Origin: Acidimicrobiia bacterium
Lineage (GTDB): Bacteria; Actinomycetota; Acidimicrobiia; IMCC26256; PALSA-555
Direction of reading: 5' to 3'
Length of the DNA stretch: 42,034 nt
Assembly: GCA_022865365.1 (NCBI GenBank)
Contig: JALHSW010000079.1
Span: 1 to 42,034, forward strand
A program made the position numbers and the translations under genes. Within the stretch, counting starts at the first letter, position 1; every line of letters starts with the position of its first letter. A model generated the notes under the pieces. That model did no database searches. It was not told the DNA's origin and was given only the letters and a program-made list of their open reading frames with translations. Below, piece by piece: positions 25,242-33,397 of the stretch.

Positions 25242-26534
25242 GTGAGTCGGCTCCGTACGGTCCGGGTGCGGGTCACGCTCGCGGCCGCGGGGTTGTTCGC
25301 CGTCGCGCTCGCGCTGGCGTCGTTCGGCCTCGTGCGCTCGGTACACGACAACCTGGTCGACGAGATCAAGCAGACAAACGAGCAGCAGCTCGAAGCGGTC
25401 GCGCTCCAGCTCGAGCGCGGTGTCAACCCCGAAGACGTACAGGTGCCCGGTGGTGGCCCGGGCGGCACACCGCTGCTCCAAGCGAGGGGGCCCGGAGGCC
25501 GCCCCGTGAACCTCCCCGGCGCCGACGGTCGACCACAGGTTCGGCCCGGCGAGAACCCACAGGTGCGCGCGCAGCGCCAGGTCGAGACGGCGCAGGGCAC
25601 GGTCACACTGGTCGCCGAGAACTCGCTCGACGCGGTCGACAGCACGGTCGACAGCATCACCGGCGCCCTGGTGATCGGCGTGCCGGTGCTCATCGCGCTC
25701 CTCGCCGGGCTGACCTGGTGGTTGACCGGCCGTGCGCTCAGGCCGGTCGAGGCGATCCGGGCCGAGGCCGCGGCCATCACCGGCTCGACGATCCACCGCC
25801 GAGTTCCCGAACCGAACACCGATGACGAGGTCGGTCGACTCGCCCGAACGATGAACTCCATGCTCGACCGTCTCGAGGCAACGTCGCTGCGTCAACGACG
25901 CTTCGTCTCGGACGCGTCGCACGAGCTCCGGAGCCCGATCGCGGTGATCCGCGCGCAGCTGGAGGTGGCGCTGCGACGCGGCGACGGGACCGACTGGCCC
26001 ACGATCGCCCAGCGCGTGCTCGTGGAGGACGCGCGCCTCGAACAGGCGGTCGGTGAGCTCCTCGAGCTGGCCCGCACCGAGGAGCGAGTCGATGCGACGC
26101 CCGTCGTCGTCGACCTCGACGAGGTCGTGCTCGAGGAGACGGCTCGGGAACGTCGCGTCCCGGTCGACACTTCACGGGTCCTTGCGGGGCGCGTCCACGG
26201 CACGAGCGCCCAGCTCGCCCGCGTCGTCGCCAACCTCCTCGACAACGCGTGTCGCCACGCGAAGACGCACGTTGCGGTTGCGCTCGGGCGACAGGAGCAC
26301 GACGTGGTACTCACCGTCGACGACGACGGGCCCGGCATCTCGGTCGCCGATCGCGAGCGGGTGTTCGAACGCTTCACCCGCCTCGACGAGGGCCGCAGCC
26401 GTGACGCTGGCGGCGTCGGGCTCGGCCTCGCGATGGTCCAGGCGATCGTGGAACGCCACGGCGGGAGCGTCTCGGTCGATGACGCACCGCTCGGTGGCGC
26501 GCGCTTCGTCGTGCGCCTACCTGCCACCGACTGA
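25242..26534 (+). CDS. sensor histidine kinase (TM-sensor-TM-HAMP-HisKA-HATPase)
   Basis: It has the H-box FVSDASHELRSPIA, the N-box LLDNACRHA, and the G-boxes DDGPGI and GVGLGLAMV. GTG 25242 lies directly after the response-regulator stop. GTG 25206 (the track start) is an overlapping alternative. Confidence 0.9.
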   Translation: MSRLRTVRVRVTLAAAGLFAVALALASFGLVRSVHDNLVDEIKQTNEQQLEAVALQLERGVNPEDVQVPGGGPGGTPLLQARGPGGRPVNLPGADGRPQVRPGENPQVRAQRQVETAQGTVTLVAENSLDAVDSTVDSITGALVIGVPVLIALLAGLTWWLTGRALRPVEAIRAEAAAITGSTIHRRVPEPNTDDEVGRLARTMNSMLDRLEATSLRQRRFVSDASHELRSPIAVIRAQLEVALRRGDGTDWPTIAQRVLVEDARLEQAVGELLELARTEERVDATPVVVDLDEVVLEETARERRVPVDTSRVLAGRVHGTSAQLARVVANLLDNACRHAKTHVAVALGRQEHDVVLTVDDDGPGISVADRERVFERFTRLDEGRSRDAGGVGLGLAMVQAIVERHGGSVSVDDAPLGGARFVVRLPATD

Positions 26535-26594
26535 CCGGCTCCAGCGGTCGCCATCCCGAAGCAACCTGTCCGCGGCGATAGCGTTCCCGGCTCG

Positions 26595-27347
26595 ATGCCG
26601 ACGCTCTCACTCGCGACGTTCAACACGCATTACGGCGTGCGACCGGCGCGCACACCGCCGGCGGAGCCCTACGACATGGTGGCGGCCCTCCGCGCGCTCG
26701 ACGCCGACGTCATCGTCCTCCAGGAGGTATGGCGGCCGGATCGCAGGCGAGGTCCGGTCGACGACGCGGCGGATGCCCTCGGCCTCACCGTGACGTTCGA
26801 ACCGACCGGCCCGGCGACCACCGATGCTCGCTGGCCCCACCTGTCGCCGGGCGGTCGGGGTGTGTCAGGAATCGCGGTCCTGACGCGACGGCCGCTTCAC
26901 CACGTCGGCGTGCTCACCGTCGGCCCGACGTTCCTCGATTCCGCGCCGCGCCGTACCGCGCTCGATGTCGAGCTCGACATCGACGGGACGCCGCTACGTC
27001 TCGTGGCCGTGCACCTCACCTCACGGCTGCCGCACGGCCCACCGATCCAGCTCCGGCGGCTCGCTCGGCTCCTCCCACCGCCGGGAACGCCCACGGTCGT
27101 CGCGGGCGACCACAACTTCTGGGGACCGGGCGTCGTCGGGCTCATGCCGGGATGGCAGCGGGTGGTGCGGGGTCGCACCTGGCCGACCCGCGCCCCACAC
27201 AGCCAGATCGACCACGTGTTGATCCGTCCGGGCGAGATCGAGGTCGTCGACGGCCGCGTGCTCGCCAACCTCGGCTCCGATCATCTCCCGCTGCGGGTGG
27301 AGCTCCGCCTGGCGGAGCGCGAGCTCAGGCCGGCGACAGGCCGTTGA
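26595..27347 (+). CDS. endonuclease/exonuclease/phosphatase (EEP) family protein
   Basis: Motifs LATFNTHYG, VIVLQEV, GDHNFW and SDHLPL. Its 3' end overlaps the convergent lipoprotein gene by 23 bp. Confidence 0.85.
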   Translation: MPTLSLATFNTHYGVRPARTPPAEPYDMVAALRALDADVIVLQEVWRPDRRRGPVDDAADALGLTVTFEPTGPATTDARWPHLSPGGRGVSGIAVLTRRPLHHVGVLTVGPTFLDSAPRRTALDVELDIDGTPLRLVAVHLTSRLPHGPPIQLRRLARLLPPPGTPTVVAGDHNFWGPGVVGLMPGWQRVVRGRTWPTRAPHSQIDHVLIRPGEIEVVDGRVLANLGSDHLPLRVELRLAERELRPATGR

Positions 27348-27984
27348 ACGCGCGCGCCTCGTTGTAGAGGCGCAGGATGCTCGACGCGTACGTCGTCGAC
27401 GTAGCCCAGTTCCCGTTGCCCATCTGGTTCCACGTCGGGACCTTCCCCTTGGGGACAACCAACGCGAAGCGAGGGTCGACGCACGGGTTGTGCAGCGGGG
27501 GCACGGCGCACACGGAGGCGCCGGGGTCGCCGTACGCACGGAGATGCTGGATCTGCGCGCGCACGCCCGTGCGCGCGTCGGGGAAGGCCGCAGGCGCCGG
27601 GTTCGTGGCCGTTGCCCCGATGCCGGCGAAGTTGTTCATCCAGCCCGGCACGGAGCCACCAAACCGGTACCAGCCCGTCTCGAGGATCCCCTGGACGAAT
27701 GCGACGTCACCGGCAACACCCTCGGCGGCACCCTCCTCCACGTAGTACTGCGTGAGCGTCGCCACCCCGACGGTCGCGCCGTAGACCCCGCCCGGCTGGG
27801 GTGAACGGCCGTTGAACCATGCGCTGAGCTGAGCCGCGCTCAGGGCCGACGGCCCCATGAGCGACACCGTGCCGGACGAGCCACCCGACGGGGCCGGCGC
27901 GAGCTTCGGGGCGCAGCCGACGACCAGCACGACGCCCACGAGGAGCACCGAGAGGGCGGGCAGGCGCCGACGGGGCGTGACCAT
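27325..27984 (-). CDS. lipoprotein with glucosaminidase-type (peptidoglycan hydrolase) domain
   Basis: From ATG 27984 the protein reads MVTPRRRLPALSVLLVGVVLVVGC, a signal peptide plus lipobox. It has the catalytic-type motif FVQGILETGW...NNFAGIGA. The track ORF extends to 28821, but that part overlaps the anti-sigma gene and is Arg-rich junk. Confidence 0.72.
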   Translation of the reverse strand: MVTPRRRLPALSVLLVGVVLVVGCAPKLAPAPSGGSSGTVSLMGPSALSAAQLSAWFNGRSPQPGGVYGATVGVATLTQYYVEEGAAEGVAGDVAFVQGILETGWYRFGGSVPGWMNNFAGIGATATNPAPAAFPDARTGVRAQIQHLRAYGDPGASVCAVPPLHNPCVDPRFALVVPKGKVPTWNQMGNGNWATSTTYASSILRLYNEARAFNGLSPA

Positions 27985-28100
27985 TGTTGCCAATGATCGG
28001 ACACGTTGCGCGCGAGGTTGAGGGGGAATCCCACCTTCAATGATCGTCGGGGCGCTGCAGGTGGTCGCGGACGCCGCGCTCCGCTCGGACTCCCGATCCA

Positions 28101-28772
28101 CTAGTGGCCTCGCCCGATCCCCGGTTCGGCGGTGCTCCCATCGGTGGCCGCACCGGCGAGGGGGCGGATGGAGGGCGATGCCGCGGTGGGAGCGGTCGTG
28201 GGAGCGGTGGCGGCCGTGACCGGGACGGCCCCCGAGCCCGCCGCGGTCGGGGTGGCGCCGGCGCCGCCGGTCGGATCGGAGATCGCGGCTCCGGCCGGGT
28301 ACGGCCGGAGCCGGAGCCGACCGGCGTCGACGAGAGCCTCCATGCCGGGTCCGAAGTCGATGTCGCCGGCCGAGCAATGACCGTTGGGTCCCGTGCGCAC
28401 GACGGCACCATCGGGCAGCGATACCCCGCGGGTGCCCTCGATCAGGCTGCCGTCGGGGAGCTGCACGGTCGTGTCGACGGCGACCGCGAGAGCCAGGGCG
28501 CGGTCTTCGACACCACGGCCGTAGACGCCCGTGAGCGCACCGAGGAGCACTGCAGCCGCGGCGGCTGCGGTCGCGGCCGTCACGAGCACGGGAGCACGCT
28601 TTCGGCGCACATGCCGCGGGAGCGCGACGAGGTGACCGGGCGGGACCTGGGAGCCGAGATGGGCTTCGAGGCCACTGACGAAGCCCGGCCGCGCCTCGAG
28701 CACGGGCCGCTCCGCGGCTTCCCGCAGCAACGCACGCACTTCGCCGCGCGAGGTGCGCGACTGGGGCCTCAT
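28101..28772 (-). CDS. putative anti-sigma factor, single-pass membrane protein with FecR-like extracytoplasmic segment
   Basis: Its ATG 28772 overlaps the sigma-factor TGA in an ATGA. It has one TM segment (APVLVTAATAAAAAAVLLGALTGVY), then TTVQLPDGSLIEGTRGVSLPDGAVV (FecR-like), and an Ala/Thr/Pro-rich tail. No zinc-binding HxxxCxxC motif is present. Confidence 0.55.
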   Translation of the reverse strand: MRPQSRTSRGEVRALLREAAERPVLEARPGFVSGLEAHLGSQVPPGHLVALPRHVRRKRAPVLVTAATAAAAAAVLLGALTGVYGRGVEDRALALAVAVDTTVQLPDGSLIEGTRGVSLPDGAVVRTGPNGHCSAGDIDFGPGMEALVDAGRLRLRPYPAGAAISDPTGGAGATPTAAGSGAVPVTAATAPTTAPTAASPSIRPLAGAATDGSTAEPGIGRGH

Positions 28773-29368
28773 CGGGCGCCCCTGCCGCGCTCGTGGGACC
28801 GCCGGAGCGCGACGAGCGCACGGTGCAGCGTCACCGCGAGCACCGGCTTCGAGCATCCCATCGCCTTCGCCGCGTCGTCAGGGCTGAGCGCGCCGAGGTA
28901 TCGCAGCGTGAGGACCTGCTGGTACCGGGGCCGGAGCGTCGCGAGCGCCTCGAGCATCCGATCGACCTCTTCTTCGCGCTCGAGGCGATCGTGGTCGTCG
29001 AGGGTCGCCTCGTCGGCGAGGGCACGCAACGCCCGCTGGCCCCGGCGGGTGTTGGACCGCCCCTCGCGCCGGTAGTGGTCGACGAGCTCGTTCGCCGCGA
29101 TGCGGAACAGCCACGGACCGAAGCCGGCCCCCGTGGGATCGAAACGGTCGAGGTGGCGGTACGCGCGCTCGAAGGTCGCCGCGGTGACGTCTTCCGCCGC
29201 TTCGCGATTCCAGGTACGGCGATGCGCAAAGGAGTAGATCCGCTCCACGTAGCGGCGGTAGAGCGCGCCGAACGCACCCGGATCACGGCGCGCGCGAACG
29301 ACGAGCTCGCCGTCGTCGGGCGACTGCGGGTCCTCGGAGTTCTCGTGCAACGCTTCGGCTCGCCCCAT
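28769..29368 (-). CDS. ECF (sigma-70 family group 4) RNA polymerase sigma factor
   Basis: Region 2 is FERAYRHLDRFDPTGAGFGPWLFRIAANELVDHYRR. Region 4 is LRYLGALSPDDAAKAMGCSKPVLAVTLHRALVALR. Confidence 0.9.
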   Translation of the reverse strand: MGRAEALHENSEDPQSPDDGELVVRARRDPGAFGALYRRYVERIYSFAHRRTWNREAAEDVTAATFERAYRHLDRFDPTGAGFGPWLFRIAANELVDHYRREGRSNTRRGQRALRALADEATLDDHDRLEREEEVDRMLEALATLRPRYQQVLTLRYLGALSPDDAAKAMGCSKPVLAVTLHRALVALRRSHERGRGAR

Positions 29369-29596
29369 CGGCTCTCAGTCTCGTCGATCGGGACCGTCAC
29401 CATGGAAGCCCAACTCAGCGCCCCAGGGTCTCACGCGACGGGGCCGGCGGACAGCCGTCCGTAGGCGGGGGCGGGGTGGACAGCGCCACCGGCCCCGTCG
29501 GCGCGATCTGGGGTCGTTCGAGGGGATCGACCGGGTTCACATCTCCACCAACGATGAGCATCGGCCGTGATTTCGGGCCCGAGTACGGTTCCGCGA

Positions 29597-30559
29597 GTGC
29601 GCGTCGGCTGCTATCTCGATCTCCGCAACCCGCCGCGCTGGCCGCGCCCGTGGGCCGAGCACTACGCCCGGACCCTCGAGCGCTGCGTCGAGGCCGAGCG
29701 TCTCGGGCTCGACTCGGTGTGGTGCTCCGAACACCACTTCTTCGAGGACGGCTACCTCCCCCAACCGCTGACCTTCCTGGCCGGGGTCGCGGCCGCGACC
29801 AGCCGGATCCGCCTGGGAACGGCCGTGTACCTCGCCGCCCTCCGACCGCCCGTCCAGGTCGCCGAAGAAGCCGCGGTCGTCGACCTGCTCAGCGGCGGAC
29901 GCCTCGAGCTCGGGCTCGGCGCCGGCTACCGGGTGCCCGAGTTCGCCGCGTACGGCGCCGACATCGACCGGCGCTACTCCCTCACCGACCACTGCGCGCG
30001 CGAGCTCCGTCGGCTGTGGCGGGAGCGTGCCGTGACACCCCCACCGGTGCAGGACCCGGTCCCGATCTGGATGGGGTACCAGGGACCGAAGGGGGCCCGC
30101 CGTGCGGGTCTCCTCGGCGAGGGGCTCCTGTCGGTCGACGCCGCGCTGCTCGAGCCGTACCGCGCCGGACTCGCCGAGGGCGGCCACGATCCCGGGTCGG
30201 CCCGGATGGCGGGACTCGTGAGCTTCGTGCTCGCCGACGACCCGGACGCCGCGTGGCCCCGCGTGCGCGACCACCTCGGATACCAGTGGGACACCTACAA
30301 CGCGTACATGGTCGAGGGCACCGGTCGCGACACGCCCCGACCGATCGACCCGGAGCGGTGGCGGACGCCCAGCGGCGATCGGCCGGCTCGCTTCGAGGTG
30401 TTGACCCCCGAAGACGCCGCGGCGCGGTTGCACGAGATGCTCGGCCGCCTCCCGGTCGAGGAGATCTACTGCTGGGCGAGCATCGCCGGCATGCCCGACG
30501 ACCTCGTCGACCGCCACCTCGAGCTGCTCGCGACGCGCCTGCGGCCGCTGCTCGCCTGA
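29597..30559 (+). CDS. LLM-class (luciferase-like) flavin/F420-dependent oxidoreductase
   Basis: Motifs GLDSVWCSEHHF, RIRLGTAV and GRLELGLGAGY. The start is tentatively GTG 29597 (VRVGCYLDL). The track start is GTG 29567. Confidence 0.8.
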   Translation: MRVGCYLDLRNPPRWPRPWAEHYARTLERCVEAERLGLDSVWCSEHHFFEDGYLPQPLTFLAGVAAATSRIRLGTAVYLAALRPPVQVAEEAAVVDLLSGGRLELGLGAGYRVPEFAAYGADIDRRYSLTDHCARELRRLWRERAVTPPPVQDPVPIWMGYQGPKGARRAGLLGEGLLSVDAALLEPYRAGLAEGGHDPGSARMAGLVSFVLADDPDAAWPRVRDHLGYQWDTYNAYMVEGTGRDTPRPIDPERWRTPSGDRPARFEVLTPEDAAARLHEMLGRLPVEEIYCWASIAGMPDDLVDRHLELLATRLRPLLA

Positions 30560-30590
30560 GCCGCCCTGCCCCCAATCGCAGCGGCGCTAC

Positions 30591-30613
30591 CCTGACGTCT
30601 CCGTCAGGTTCTT
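30591..30613 (+). terminator. hairpin CCTGACG-tctc-CGTCAGG followed by TTCTT between the LLM and P450 genes
   Basis: It has a perfect 7-bp stem (30591-30597 / 30602-30608) and a short T-rich tail. It lies 18 nt upstream of the P450 ATG and partly overlaps its GGAGG SD region. The tail is a weak U tract, so it may be a partial terminator or processing hairpin. Confidence 0.3.
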
Positions 30614-30630
30614 GCACCGGAGGCTCCGCC

Positions 30631-31845
30631 ATGGCCGATACCCCGTACCCCGAAGCCCCGTCGCTCGGGGACGGCCTCTTCGCCAACGACATGTCGAGCT
30701 CCCCGCAGCCCGTGTACAGGATGATGCGCGAGAACGCGCCGGTCATCCGCCTCGACGAGCATTCGGTACTGCTGAGCCGCCACGACGATGTCATGCAGGC
30801 GCTGCGCACCGCCGACGTGTTCTCCTCCGACATGGACGCCATCGCGCTCGGAAACGTCCGGCCGCTCATCCCGCTCCAGATCGACCCGCCCGACCACCTG
30901 AAGTACCGCAAGCTACTCGACCCGCTGTTCGCGCCGCGCGAGGTCGCGGCCCTCGAGACCGAGGTTCGCCGCCTCACCAACGAGCTCGTCGACGCCTTCA
31001 TCGCCGATGGCGAGGTCGAGTTCAACACCGCGTTCGCCGTGCCGTTGCCGTGCACGGTGTTCCTGGCGCTCCTCGGTCTCCCCCAGCGCGACCTGCCGCT
31101 CTTCCTGCGCATCAAGGACGGCATCATCCGTCCGCCCGGCCTGGCGGGCCGTGAGGCCGACGTCATCCGGAACCGCACTGCCCAGGAGATCTACGCCTAC
31201 TTCGAGCCGATCATCGAGTCGCGCCGACATGAGCCGCGCGACGACCTCATCACGCGACTCATCGATGCGGAGGTCGACGGGCACCAGCTCACCGACGAGG
31301 ACATCCTCGACATCTGCTTCCTGTTCCTGATCGCAGGCCTCGACACGGTCACCGCGACGCTCACGTGCAGCGTGGCGTACCTCGCGCAGCACCCTGAGCA
31401 CCGCACCGAGCTCGTCGATGACCCGTCGCTCATCCCCGCCGCGATCGAAGAGCTCCTGCGGTGGGAGACACCGGTGCCGGGTGTCGTTCGCATCCTGGCC
31501 GGCGACACCGAGATCGCCGGCGAGCAGCTGACCGCGGGAACGCGCGTGACGGTCCTGATCGGGTCCGCGAACACCGACGACGCGGAGTTCGCCGACGCCG
31601 AAACCGTCGACTTCCATCGTGAGAGCAACCGCCACCTCTCCTTCGGCGGCGGCATCCACCGTTGCCTCGGATCACATCTCGCCCGGCTCGAGCTTCGCGT
31701 CGCGCTGGAGGAGCTGCACCGTCGCCTCCCCGACTACGAGCTCGCGCCCGACACGCAGCTCGTCTATGCCGACGGTCTGCGCACCGTCGAGCACCTCCCC
31801 CTCGTGTTCGCGCCCGGCGGGTCTGTATCCGGCAGTGCTGCGTGA
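30631..31845 (+). CDS. cytochrome P450
   Basis: ATG 30631 has a GGAGG SD 6-7 nt upstream. It has the I-helix LIAGLDTVT, the ExxR motif EELLRWETP, and the heme loop FGGGIHRCLG. The track ORF (29476..) has a spurious 385-aa Arg/Pro-rich extension overlapping the LLM gene. Confidence 0.93.
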   Translation: MADTPYPEAPSLGDGLFANDMSSSPQPVYRMMRENAPVIRLDEHSVLLSRHDDVMQALRTADVFSSDMDAIALGNVRPLIPLQIDPPDHLKYRKLLDPLFAPREVAALETEVRRLTNELVDAFIADGEVEFNTAFAVPLPCTVFLALLGLPQRDLPLFLRIKDGIIRPPGLAGREADVIRNRTAQEIYAYFEPIIESRRHEPRDDLITRLIDAEVDGHQLTDEDILDICFLFLIAGLDTVTATLTCSVAYLAQHPEHRTELVDDPSLIPAAIEELLRWETPVPGVVRILAGDTEIAGEQLTAGTRVTVLIGSANTDDAEFADAETVDFHRESNRHLSFGGGIHRCLGSHLARLELRVALEELHRRLPDYELAPDTQLVYADGLRTVEHLPLVFAPGGSVSGSAA

Positions 31846-32033
31846 GGATCGCGGTCGACGAGGCTACGTGCGTCGGCCACGGACGCTGCTACGCGCTCGC
31901 GCCAGACGTGTACGCACCCGACGACCGCGGGCACTGCGAGCTGCTGATGACCGACGTGCCGCCCGAGCTCGAGGCCCAGGCACGCGCCGGGGAAGCCAAC
32001 TGCCCCGAGCGCGCGATCTCGATCAGCCCGTAA
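31842..32033 (+). CDS. small single-cluster ferredoxin (P450 redox partner type)
   Basis: Its GTG start overlaps the P450 TGA (GTGA). The protein reads VRIAVDEATCVGHGRCYALAPDVY...ANCPERAISI. 63 aa. Confidence 0.85.
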   Translation: MRIAVDEATCVGHGRCYALAPDVYAPDDRGHCELLMTDVPPELEAQARAGEANCPERAISISP

Positions 32034-32035
32034 CG

Positions 32036-33343
32036 TCAGGGGTTCTCCTCGGGGTCGACAGGGCCGACGTTGAGGTTGGCGGTCGCCTCCGCGGTGTCGA
32101 GGTGTCGGAGCCGGTGCGTCGCGATCGACCAGAGCAGGAAGAGCGCGAGCAGCACGCCGTCGATCGCGAGCACCCAGCGGATCCCGACCGCGTCGGCGAG
32201 CACGCCCTGCACGAGCACTCCGAGGGGGTTGAACAGCCCGAAGCTCGTCAGCCAGATGCCCAGCACCCGACCGCGCATCGCGTCCGACGACAGGTGCTGG
32301 ATGCAGCTGTTGTTCGTTGCGATCACCATGAGGAAGCCGGCACCCACGCCCCCCAGCGCGACGAGTCCGGCGGCGAACGTCGGCGCGAGCCCGAGCGCGA
32401 CCACGAACCCGGCATAGACGACGAGCCCCATGGCGAGGATCGCGCTCGGGAGTCGGCTGCCGTCGAGTCGGCCGAGGATCACCGCGCCGAGGATCGCGCC
32501 GACGCCGAACGCGCTCGCGAGCAGCCCGTACTGCACCGCGGTCGCATCGAACATCTCGAGCGCGATCACGGGGATCAGCGGCACGATCGGCCCACCTACG
32601 AACGCGAGGAACGCATTCGTGCCGATCGCGGTGCGCAACCCCGGTTCACGACGAACGTAGGCGAGACCTTCCTTGAAGTCGCTCCAGTAGCCGCCGCGCG
32701 CGGGAGCGGGCGCCGCGGCGCCGGCCACGGGGCCGTGCATCGCGAGCAGCGCCACGAGCACGAACGCGAAGCTCAGCGCGTTCAGCAGGAAGCACCAGCT
32801 CGCGCCCGCCGTGTTGACCAGCAGGAGTCCGGCCACGACCGGCCCGAGCGCCTTGGAGATGTTGAACTGCGTCGAGTTGAGCATCACCGCGTTCGGCAGG
32901 TTGCGACGCGGAACGAGCGACGGGATGAACGCCTGCCACACGGGGGCATTCAGCGCGGCGGTGATCCCACCGATCATCGCGAGGAGGAAGAGCAGCCAGA
33001 AGGAGCGCAGACCCGCGACCCACGTCCCCCACAGCACGAAGGCCTGCATCATCTGCACCGTCTGGGTGATGAGCAGCACCTTGCGACGCGGAAACCGGTC
33101 GGCGAACGAACCTCCCACCGGACTCAGGATCATGAGGGGGATCACACCCGCGAACGCGATCAAACCGACCTTCGCCGCGCTCTCGGTGAGCAGGGCAACG
33201 ACCCAGCCGAGCGCCGCGAGCTGCATCTGGGTCCCGCTGCTCGATACGATCGCGGCAAGCCACAGGAGTCGGAAGTCGCGCGACGCGAACGAGCGGAGCG
33301 AGTGCGGCCAGCTCCGGCCACTCGACGCGAGGGTCTCGGTCAT
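32036..33343 (-). CDS. MFS transporter (EntS / MFS_3-like exporter)
   Basis: Starts at ATG 33343 (MTETLASSGRSWPHSLRSFASRDFRLLWLA). It has about 12 TM segments and the motif GSFADRFPRRKVL. The track's upstream 215 aa are an antisense shadow of the SDR gene. Confidence 0.85.
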   Translation of the reverse strand: MTETLASSGRSWPHSLRSFASRDFRLLWLAAIVSSSGTQMQLAALGWVVALLTESAAKVGLIAFAGVIPLMILSPVGGSFADRFPRRKVLLITQTVQMMQAFVLWGTWVAGLRSFWLLFLLAMIGGITAALNAPVWQAFIPSLVPRRNLPNAVMLNSTQFNISKALGPVVAGLLLVNTAGASWCFLLNALSFAFVLVALLAMHGPVAGAAAPAPARGGYWSDFKEGLAYVRREPGLRTAIGTNAFLAFVGGPIVPLIPVIALEMFDATAVQYGLLASAFGVGAILGAVILGRLDGSRLPSAILAMGLVVYAGFVVALGLAPTFAAGLVALGGVGAGFLMVIATNNSCIQHLSSDAMRGRVLGIWLTSFGLFNPLGVLVQGVLADAVGIRWVLAIDGVLLALFLLWSIATHRLRHLDTAEATANLNVGPVDPEENP

Positions 33344-33397
33344 CGCGCCCCACCGTACCCAGGAAGGCGAACCCTCCACCGGGCTAGCCTGCGCGAC

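Noticed and set aside
24086-25861. 591-aa minus-strand ORF opposite the response regulator and kinase
   Set aside because: It has a Ser/Arg/Pro-rich shadow composition. The plus-strand genes carry complete two-component signatures.
27985-28821. Upstream 279 codons of the 498-aa ORF 27325..28821
   Set aside because: This part is Arg/Gly/His-rich and overlaps the anti-sigma gene out of frame. An internal ATG at 27984 yields a textbook lipoprotein signal peptide.
29476-30630. N-terminal 385-aa extension of the P450 ORF (789 aa in the track)
   Set aside because: It is Arg/Pro-rich junk that overlaps the LLM oxidoreductase in another frame. A proper ATG with a GGAGG SD at 30631 gives a normal 404-aa P450.
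31619-33397. The first ~590 residues of the 880-aa plus-strand ORF 31619..34261
   Set aside because: This part is an antisense shadow of the MFS transporter and has an Arg/Glu/His/Asp-rich composition. Only the last 287 codons, from ATG 33398, form the SDR.
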